Part shown: positions 44,502 through 54,458 of the stretch, one piece after another | How the letters are laid out: the number at the start of each line of letters is the position of its first letter | Position numbering within the stretch: the stretch's first letter is position 1 | NCBI GenBank assembly: GCA_000708835.1 | Contig: DF237152.1 | Coordinates: 64,938 to 128,937 of the forward strand | Origin: Klebsormidium nitens | Taxonomy: Eukaryota > Plantae > Klebsormidiophyceae | DNA: 64,000 bases | Direction of reading: 5' to 3' | The notes under the pieces: generated by a model | Database searches by the model: none | Seen by the model: the letters and a program-made list of their open reading frames with translations, nothing else | Told to the model about the DNA's origin: nothing | Position numbers and translations under genes: made by a program

Positions 44502-47500
44502 CTAACACAGTACCTGCAGAAGACACAAACCAAGTTTGTTAGGTGACAAGGCGCTCATGTTGCCCAGCAAGAAAATGTCAGCATAAGAAACCTCCCCAAA
44601 TGTCGATCCCGTTTGTGAACCTCTACTTTTCCAGCGGACGATGCGCGCACCACTAAGGACTCGAGCCTTTGAGAATGCGCGGAGAAGACAGAGCAGCGGC
44701 CCGGCCACGTTCAACACAGACTTTGGCCCCTTTGAAATGAACACTGCGAAACGAGTCGAGCAGAATATGCAGGACAGTACGATCTAGACTTTTGAACAGG
44801 GGAAGAAATTCAAGGTTGAGGCCCAATATTGTGGTCGCCGCGTGCTGATATGGCAAATGTACCATCCGACGCGCTGCGATATACGGAGCCTCTTGGTTCG
44901 TAGACGCGCTCCCTCCCAAAAAAGAATCTGGAAAGAAGCAAAAAAGGAGGAACAAAGATTTAACGAGGCCCCTCACCGACTAAGGTCCCCTTGCCCGGCC
45001 ACAGGAACGTGCCGACGGACGCGCCCAACGCAAACGCGACGAGATACACCAAGTTGCGCAGCGTGTTCCTCTTCATCCGCTTTGCGAGCACGCATAACCC
45101 TTGCCGCTGGTCCGCGTAGTGATAGCAGTCGTACGCATCGACCCCAAACTGGACGAGCCAGCTCGCCGCGAGGAACAGGAGATAACCTGCGCGGACGGAA
45201 ACATGGGGGAGGGGTCACAAAAGGATGTAACAAACGAAAACGGAATATGCCTGACCCTCTGGCGGACTTGGACGGCGTCAAAAATGCAATGGTTACAAGC
45301 ACCAATGACCATATTGTGAGATCTTGGCAGCGAGCAATCCGGTAAGTAGTAGCAATCATAGGCAATCGATTGCAAAGTGGACGAGTTGGCCGCGAGGAAG
45401 AGGAGGTAACCTCCAGGGAAGGTAAGAAGGGGGACGAGTTTCGGGATTTGAAAGATCATACAATCAATGTTTACGGTCTTGGGGAGCAGTTTTACCAGGT
45501 CTTTGCCCCGTGCAATCTGCTTCGTCCGTGCATGAACTATGCCAGCCAAAAGACCTTTCAAGGAGGCCGTCATTTAGGGCACAGTAGAGAAGTAGAAAGG
45601 AAGCAAAAGAAAGGGACCGGGTACTTGGGCTGAGACCATTGTTATAAGATCTAGGCCTTAGGTTGAGGCTTGGCACAAGAAGCGAGGGGCTCTCGCAAAT
45701 GACTGGTCCAAGCTTTACAATCTGGCAACTAGAGGAGTCTTGTATGGCGGCTTGACTGGCGTTCCGCCAGAAACGATTCTGCAAACCCTGCCCGCGGAAC
45801 TGCCATAAGGTCCCGGAGATTTGCCACAAAAGCAGAAGAGAAACAGAGCAAGAAATGATCGGAGATTCTGTACAGGATCAACGTTCAAGGATGAGAAAGT
45901 TTTCCCACCTCTAGATGCGGTTGCGAACATTCGCCAGCTCGTCGACAAGCGGCCCAGCCCCCGCCCCGACTTTCGGACAGCTGATGCATTCAGATCTGCA
46001 CAACAAGAATCTGCTTTGAGCTCTTTCTGCATGTAGCACAGGGGGAGAGCAGCTCCACTAAATTGACGGCAGGCTCCAGAAAACGGTAACCGATTGAGCA
46101 TCTCAAGGGGTGAGGAACAGCGTTTCCAAGTGGTAGCGCTGGCGCCAGAATGAAAGGGTGAAAACTGAGTGATTCTAAGACTACAAGTCTGGTATCAGCA
46201 AGTAAGGCATTCTTTTCCCAATCAGTTGTATTGATGAGCCCCGTCAAAAACAAGGGTAGAAAAACACCGTTAAGATCGTTTTCCTGAACAAGTACTAGCG
46301 AAACACTACGGTCTGAAAACAAATATTGTAAAGACTTTCAACGACTTCTTTTCTTTCCTTTCGTTCATAAGGATTCAATCACTTCTCGTCACCCTGTGCA
46401 AGGGGACTAGACAGCCTACAGGAGTGATCAAGGCAAAAGCAAGGAGCGGATGCTTGCCCTTAGTCAGCTTCCACGCCGTGCGCCTCTCCATGTGTTCCAC
46501 GGCCCAGAAGGCAAGCACCTTCTTGGTTGCCCCTACAGCGAGCTGCAAGGCAGTGAAAGCTCTTTCAACAACAGCCTTATTCAGACTACTTTCGCCATTC
46601 TCCTTCTTACATGTCAATCCGATTGCTACTGATCAAAATTCAACATCTTACTAATCAGCGACCACAATGCGAAGCAAGATACGACGCTCTTCTTTCCAAG
46701 GGTGACTAGACATGAGTCCTGCGGCCGCGAGACAGGCTCGAAAAAGCAGCTTCGTTCAGACTCCGAAAGACCATGCCTGGAACTTGGGGGTATCCAGACG
46801 AAAGCATAAGATGAGCAACTCAGAAGCAAGGACAAGCCCGAACATTGACTCCCTGGCCATAGTTTTACACAAACACATGGATGTGACGTCGTCAGTTTCC
46901 GCTGAGCTGTGAACAAGCTAGTTTTCACAATCAACTTAGAAAATTTGAACATCAGCCCTATGAGTGGTGGTGCAAGTAAAAGTCACGATCCCCAGGGAAC
47001 ACAAAAGTGGGCAGCTTGCTCACCTCGCGCAAGATGGCCCTCCAACACTTCTCCATTTGCTCCTCCATGTTAGGCGGAGGTCCCATCCTTTCCCTCTGCA
47101 CTTCGTCTTCATCATCCGAATCCACTATTGCATTCTCCTCCTCTACTTGCTTCTTCCAATACTCAACGAACGGGCCAATTGATTGCAGGAGGTTACGCAG
47201 GACTAGATAAAGAAAGTTCCTCCCCTTGAAGACAGCGTTCAGGGGCTCAATCTTGATCTCGTGATGTTTGTAAGCATAGAATAGGGTCTGCCCGTACAAG
47301 GGTGGAAGATACAAAGCTTGCTTCTCCTCTGCCGTGTAATAGTTCTCATTCACGGAGGGAATGAAAGACTTTGAGTGTGATGACTCAGGAGAGGGGCATT
47401 TTGTAGCCAGTGGTGCAATGCTGAGGCCCTCCACAGAGGACGGTGTTTGTACAGGATGTGGTGGTCGCAAGTTTGCAACAGATGCACAACTTTTACTTTC

Positions 47501-47608
47501 CAGATCCGCCCAAGGAATGAATGCATTCCCCTGGCTACGCCCCAGGACAAATGTGACCGGCCTCCTCCAACGGTCCCTTCGTTGTGGTCCGAATCTTCTG
47601 TCCGCCAT
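44502..47608 (-). CDS. Uncharacterised plant-type membrane protein; first and last exons tentative
   Basis: Exons (minus): 47024..47608, 46458..46575 (weak AAG acceptor), 45909..45995, 44977..45186, 44502..44743 (tentative). Segments AVEHMERRTAWKLTKD..SAVRKSGRG..RGYLLFLAASWLVQFGVD..GASVGTFLWPGKG resemble an uncharacterised land-plant family as I recall it (RRTAWKLLKD..SAVRKA..GHMLGVAASWIVQ..GAGIGATL.RP). The intron starting at 46457 is GC-AG. Confidence 0.65.
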
Positions 47609-47792
47609 TGTTTGTGCACTACCTCTTACAATTTATGCTGCTCGCGAGGGGCTGACGATGTCGCAAAACAAGCTGCGCAGTTCAATCGGGGACGAGCAAG
47701 AAATCTGCAAACCCTTCTGTAGCTCGACGAGGACCATTTAAGGACCTGCACTACTTAGCTGTTGCAGAAAGCGCTTGGTTCGTACCCTCCTG

Positions 47793-47868
47793 CTTCTCAG
47801 CTTTCTGGTGCATCACACTTTCTGGTGGCGCTTGCAACTTCTCAGCTTTCTGGTGCATCACACTTTCT
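47793..47868. repeat. 31-bp direct repeat (period 45) in a divergent intergenic region
   Basis: CTTCTCAGCTTTCTGGTGCATCACACTTTCT at 47793..47823 and 47838..47868. Confidence 0.9.
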
Positions 47869-48243
47869 TCTTTGTGCAGGTAGACAGAAGCCTTGCACAA
47901 GTTTTCTAGGGTTCTGGAGTGCAATTCAGCTGAAACTCCAATGCAGGGTTGATTAGAGCTCAGCCGAAATTGCCACGTGTATTAGTCTGAAGGTCCTCGA
48001 GGCGTACGATTGACATGATCTATCAATCCAACCGTCCAATTTTGCTTTCCCCTCGTCCTGAACTGTCACCCTCTGATTTCGGCTTGACGGGCTTGGAAGG
48101 TCTTAACACTTCCATCCAGCTTTCGAGCTGCTCTGTTGTGGTGGTGCTCGGCAGGGAAAAGCGCTTCTCGAAGGTCTGTTTGGAGGGGAAAGCTGCACGT
48201 AGAGTTCTCATTGGTGTTGTTTCTATCAACCAAGCAAGCAGGC

Positions 48244-51200
48244 ATGAGCTACCAGGACGGAGGCGATGCCCCGAGCGAGCGCCCCAAGCTGAAGCTCGCT
48301 CCCCGGAGCGGCAATGCACCGTCTGGGGGGGCTCCGGCGACCAAGGTAAGCAGTTGCCGGCGTTCGCAAGATTTTCGTGGTTGAGGACAATTGCGGACGA
48401 AGCTGGAAATCCAGTTGATCGGAGCCTGCATCCCCCCTCTAATGTGTGTTGATATCAATGTAGAATTGCTATGAATGGACATGTATAATGCAGAGCGCAT
48501 TTGGCAAGATGACAAGGATAGTCTCATGGTGTAGCAAAGTGTGCAACGTAAAGCCGTGTCTAGGCTCCTCATCTCATATTTGCCGTTTGTTGCTAATGGC
48601 ACCCAATCTTTGCTTCATACCTTGTTGATGTAGTACCATTACCAGCTGGAATAGCTCTGCACCTGGAGCTCCTGGAAGTTGCAAAAGACAATCTGCTGAG
48701 TGTCGACAAATTGCTCAATCTGAGCTGAATGGAACTGATAAGTTTCCTTCCTGTCCTGCAGTCAAGCATCTTTGGAGCTGCGCGGCCCCGTGAGGCCATC
48801 ATCGCTGAGAGAGAGGGCAAGGCTGAGGAGGAGATTATCAAGGAGGCCGCGAAGAAGGAATGGAAGCCTACGGTGAGTGCAAATGCACCACCCTTCTGAT
48901 CAATTGTGATCCTTTTCTGGTGAAGTTGATGTAGACAACGTCCAATGTACATGGTTGTGATTTCCTCAAATACTCTTCTCTTAATGTGCACTCGGCTGCT
49001 CAAGCAATACTGTCTTGAACAAGTCGGTGTCTTAATGTAGAGAAGGTAATTGTTGTGTCAATGTTGTCATTAGTTTCTCTGAGTTCTTCCATGTACCACC
49101 GAACTGCTTAAGGGCCTTCGTCTACTTCAGCAGTCTCGCTGTCATCCACGCCTGTTTACCAGGACTCTATTGGCCGCAGTCTCCTCTGGTTACATCTTAA
49201 TCTTTTCTTCACTTGGTCGAGTACCTGTATTCTACTTGAGAATTTGGTATTGCCAGCGGCACTGAATGCATTTCATGATTCATTTGCAGCTCGTTTTGAG
49301 CGAGGAGCAGAAGGAGGAGAAGAAGGCACTTGAGGCAGAGCTGGCCTACGCAAAGGACCAGCTCGAGAAGGCTGTTGACCCGCTCAAGGCCAAAGATCTC
49401 AAAGAGGAAGTGGCAGAGAAGGAAACCAAGCTTGAGGACCTGTTGGCATCGTTTGAGGTAAGTCCTACTGTTCCGCAATCTCGTTGTCGCTTATGCGTTG
49501 AGGTTATGAATGATTGTCCACTGTGAGAAAGCCAAAATGTTGGAGGTCAATTGCTGTTTCAACTTTGTGTTCAACTTTGAGGCGAAGTGCGAGAAGTGAG
49601 ATGGTAACGGTTGTTCATCTCTTCCTCATGCCTTTCCGGACGACCCAAGTAGGTGCCGAATGTGTTTTTTCCCAGGATTGTCGTGTTGTGCCTGAATTGA
49701 GTCATGCTTACCGACGTCATGTTACTCATGTTATCAAGGAAGTGCCTCTGCTAAGCTCAGGTGTTTGATTAGAAAGTCTTGAGTATTTTTATCAGGCAAA
49801 CGATTTCTTTATCTGGGGGAATTTCCAAGGAGGAGCCTGCATAATGCATCAGCTCAACAATTTTGGAACAAGTTTCAGAGGTCTTTTACTTTTGAGTTTG
49901 TCTGACATTAACTTACGCTCGACTCTTATTGAACCCAATTGAAGTGGTCGCGATCTCTGTGTTGTTTGTGTGCTTCCCTTTGGGGTGGCAATGCGCAAAG
50001 CTCTTAGACACGCGTCTGGGCTTGCCGAATTATTTTACCACTCTCTCTGCTGCATTTTCTGGAAAACCTTGTTGGCATTGAAGTCCGTCGTCAAGGATAC
50101 GTACAATATTATTCCCCCTCCCGCTTATCTTTCTTCGCTGTCTCCTGTTGCTGTAATAGTCCCCTCTCTTTGCTACCCTTGTCTCCACACCAGATAGCCA
50201 GCGGCGGCTCCCTGCTTCCCAGGACTACACCAACAATCGGTGCAAATCTCAGGCCTTTTTCTTACCTACACATACACGACTCACCCCTTCTTTGCGAACG
50301 TTGCAGAAGCTGGCCGTGACAGCAGCGCAGAGCGGGGGGGTGGGGAAGCGCCCCTCTGAGCGCAAGCGCGATGCCGAGGAGCGGGCCGGGGGCGGTCAGC
50401 CTGGATATGGTGGCGGAGGCGGTGGATATGGGGGCGGCGGTGGTGGATACGGGGGCGGCGGCAGAGGCGGGGGGGGTGAGAGTTATGGCAACTTCAGTCA
50501 GGGACGGGACCGTGAGCCTTATGGGGATGCGTGGGCTGGGAAGAACGGCGGCGGCGGCCGGGGGGGAAACACCTGCTACAATTGTGGAGAGGTGAGGGCA
50601 TGTTTTTTAGCACTGAGTTGACGAACTTACTTAATTTTCCAGGAATAACCAGGCATGGGAGATGAGGGGATCGGGCCTTGGCGAGAAGCAGCACTATGAT
50701 TGACAGTCTTGTTGGGAGCAGGGGATCGAAGCCTGCTTGATGAACTAATGTGCTGTCCTTATTTTGGTGTTCTTCGCGAGACACAGGAGTTGGACAGCGT
50801 GCCCGGATAATCAGGACACAAGAGCAGCGATTTATTTTGCAGGGATAGAGCAAAGCCTCGGTGGGGCCAAAAGATTGACCCTTACCCGAGATTTCGTTCC
50901 TCTCGTGGAGTGCGAGGCAGTCTGCTCTTGCTTGTAGAGAGATAGCTTTGATGTCATTGCTTTACTCTGTGAGAGATATCTCAGCTGCCGCGTTCATGGT
51001 TTTACTTGCGGAATCGTAGTAATTTTTTGGCCCCACCTTCGCCGGCACTTGGTTTTGAAACGGGACTGAGGTGGCCAGCAGACCGCAGCTCGTTTTGAAC
51101 TCGTGTCCGTCTCACTGCACCTTGTTCAATTGGCTAGTTACCGGTTACTCGTTTAGCGCCGGCATCGGGTTCTTGTTCGTAACTGCGTGATGCGGGGCAT

Positions 51201-53102
51201 TGATGGGTCCGAGCATCTCTCCTTGGCGCCCTAGTCTTTTCGGCCCAACACTGATCTTTCCTTTAACCACAGAATGTCTTCCGTACTCGTGCAAGACTTT
51301 TGCATCCTCCTTTTATGTCGCCAAGTAACAAGGCTTATACGTGCTGTGTCCGCTTATGTGTAAGAAAGCCGTTTCCCCCCCTGGTGTCTCTCCCAGCCAG
51401 CTTCGTGCTGCCCGAGTAGACCCGGGCGCTGACGGCGGCCCGACCCTTTGGCGCTTTCTTGAGATGCCCCTGGTTTTGAAGCCCAATTCACAAATTTGGC
51501 CCATGAACCTGACTGCAAGCTTAACCCGGAGTTTCATCCCTGGGTTTGTAATGTCGCACCCCATCCGTGCAGGTGGGACACATCTCGCGTGAGTGCCCGA
51601 ACCCCCCGAGCGAGGGCTCCCGCGGGTATGGCGGAGGTGGCGGCCGATCCGGTGGCGGCGGTGGCCGGGCCTGCTACAACTGCGGAGAGGTATGTCGAAG
51701 TCTTTGGGCTGCTTATTAGGGGCCTGCAATAGTTGACGCGGCGCTGTACTAAAAACACCTGCCCAACGCCCGTGTCTTGAGCGGCAGATGATTCGGAGGG
51801 AGGCCATGTCTCTTCTCCTGCACTTACTTGCCGTGCTGATTGGGTGACTGCTGTTGATGTGGAAGGAACGGGGTGTGCGTATCAACCATTAGGTCTATGG
51901 TCACCTCATTCAACGGGAATTGGCTGCACTGGGCTATGAAATTGGTTGCACTGGTTTGGGCTAGTAAGGAGCATGACCGTCTTGGGAAGGCTGTTTGTGC
52001 CATTGGCGATGAAGTATGGAGTCCCGATTCGTCATGTGGTTTGTCAGAATTTGTTGTCCGTTGCCTCCAGGGGTCTTCAAGGTAGACCCGAATTGCGTCC
52101 CTGGACATATTTATCGTCAGGTCGAAAGCTGGACTACTACCGTACCTGTCTTTAATTTCGTCACCTTCGACGCCAAATAAAGAATCATGAAACTTTCTAT
52201 CCTTTCGGCAGGCCTAGAGTTACCCGCTAAATCAACCACTATCGAACCATTATCGCCTCTCAATAATTTGCGAAATTTTCGGCAGGGCAAATGATCCTTT
52301 AATCTTTGCCGAAATCAGATACAGGTACGGTAGTCCATTTGCATTCCCGGCATTTCAACATCGCAGTCACCAGAAGAACAGGGAACTGCTGCTGGTCATG
52401 GTGATCAGTCACTGATATCGAACGTGCCCCTTGCAGGAGGGCCACATCTCCCGCGAGTGCCCCCAGCCCCGCAGCGGCGGCGGCGGCGGCAGCTACGGCG
52501 GAGGGGGCAGCTATGGCGGCAGTTACGGCGGCAGTCGCGGGGCCGAGAGCTACGGCGACCGTTACGGATCTGGGGGGGGCGGCTATGGAGGCGGCGGCAG
52601 CTATGGCTCAGGTGGCGGCAGCTATGGCGGTGGGTACTCCGACAGCAACTCGCGCTTTTAGGGGGGCACTAGGCGTGACGAGAGCGTGACGGTCGAGGCA
52701 CCCCAGAGGAAGATGAGCTTGTTGGTCAAGAGTCGTGTGGGGCTCGTTGAGTTTGATAAGTCCTTGGATAGGGTTCGGATGGGGCGTTGCGGTCGTTTGC
52801 GTGCGCATCAGCAAGTCGAGCTGCGCAGGTAAGTGTCGCTAGTATAGTTACCAGTGTCCGAAAGACTCACTGCAGAAGTGTGCTGATAGCTTGAATAGCT
52901 GAGAGTGTGGAGAGAATGATCTGGGGATCACACGATGCGCTTTGCATCCGTGACAGGCGGCCGGGACCGTGGTTACGATAACGACGACTCTCGGGGTGGG
53001 AGCTATGGGGGCCGTGGAAGTTCGGATTACGGCGGAAGCTACGGTGCGCGAGGAGGCAGCTACGACGGCTATGGGCAGGGCGGCCGCGGCCGGGACTACT
53101 GA
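48244..53102 (+). CDS. Glycine-rich RNA-binding protein: plant eIF4B C-terminal-like motif and coiled coil fused to two CCHC zinc knuckles
   Basis: Exons 48244..48345, 48762..48872, 49290..49457, 50307..50591, 51573..51689, then 52437..52661 (stop) or 52437..52629 spliced to 52957..53102. Motifs: RPKLKLAPR, SSIFGAARPREA, EEKKALEAEL..EKETKLE, CYNCGEVGHISREC, CYNCGEEGHISREC, GGY/RGG repeats. Confidence 0.8.
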
Positions 53103-54458
53103 AAGTTGCTTGCAGAGTTTGGAATGGCCAGATGCGATGTTCTACCTACAGTCTTGTGGTCCTTGGTTGAACTGATAGAGCCCCCTCGTGCTCGTGTCAG
53201 GGTGGCGAAGTCAACTGTCGGGTTGTCTCGTCACAAGCGACACTGTTTTGTGAGCGTTTATGTGATATGTCAGAGAATGAAACTCAGAAGTTGTTCATGT
53301 GATGTCATAGCGCTACAACCGCGGGTCTTTGTCCAGGCAAGAGAGGCTGTTCTTGTTAGCGTCCGTCTTTGCAAACTCTACCTGGATAATTTAGCTGTTC
53401 GTTTTCAACTTTAGCTGGGCCCTATCTCCCGGATGCAATTTGCAATCTGCAAGGTAGCATCTCTGTATGCCTGTCACATGCATGGTTCCCACCCCGTCAC
53501 CACTCAGCCTTTTACTAATAAGTTTCACTATGATATAGTATCACCATTCAATAGACGGGTCGTCGTCAGTGCGACGTGGATACTTCTTATAATTGCACGA
53601 CATGGTATTAGTAGTACTCATGCATTTTCTCGAGATTTAGTCACTCGCCATGCATATATATGGATTGCGAGGCCCCATGTCCGGCCTGCATGGCCCTACG
53701 TCATGCAGAATTTCGTGCATATGCCGTCAGGACTCGACGGCCAAAATTAACATGCTGGCGCGGCCGGGTGCATTGAAGCAGTTGAAAGTAACGAATCGAC
53801 CCCATACGAAGCCATGGCCGTGGCATTGATTCCATGCATGTTGATTTCCGCGCCCATGCTATACCATGTCACATTTATGATATAACATACACGCGCAATT
53901 CAAATTAGCCCAAGGCTAGGTACCTTCATGCCATAGGCGCACCCACCATGGCATGATACTCCAATCGAATTGCATGGATGAACGCAGGCTAGTGTAGCTT
54001 GTGTATATATTTCTCGACGTACCGTCAACCCCAATCCTCCATGCAAGCTAGGGCGTTCAAGGCCTGCAACAATGGACATGTTCAGGTGAAATCAAATCGT
54101 ATTCAGAAATAGGCACATGTAAGTGATTGTGTAAGTTAGATCATGGCTGGCGCCGTATGCCACATGGCCCGTAACTAGAACAGGCTGTGCGAAAGGCTCA
54201 CAGGAAGTACGCTCTCGGCCACAAAAGATGCTAAGAATAGCCGCACAAGCTGGATTCGGCTGTCGACAATTGGATATACATATCAACACAATTCCGGCCG
54301 TGTTGGGCGACTGCTAACGTTGCTACAGTCCCTTTCAATGCCCGGTTGACTTCCAAGGTTTGTAGAAATAAGGTATAGTGAAGGTCCGCGTGGTCAAGCA
54401 CCCAAGCCGATGTAAATGGTCGCTTTTTGGGCATGCTTCGTTCATCTGCCTGCACTTT

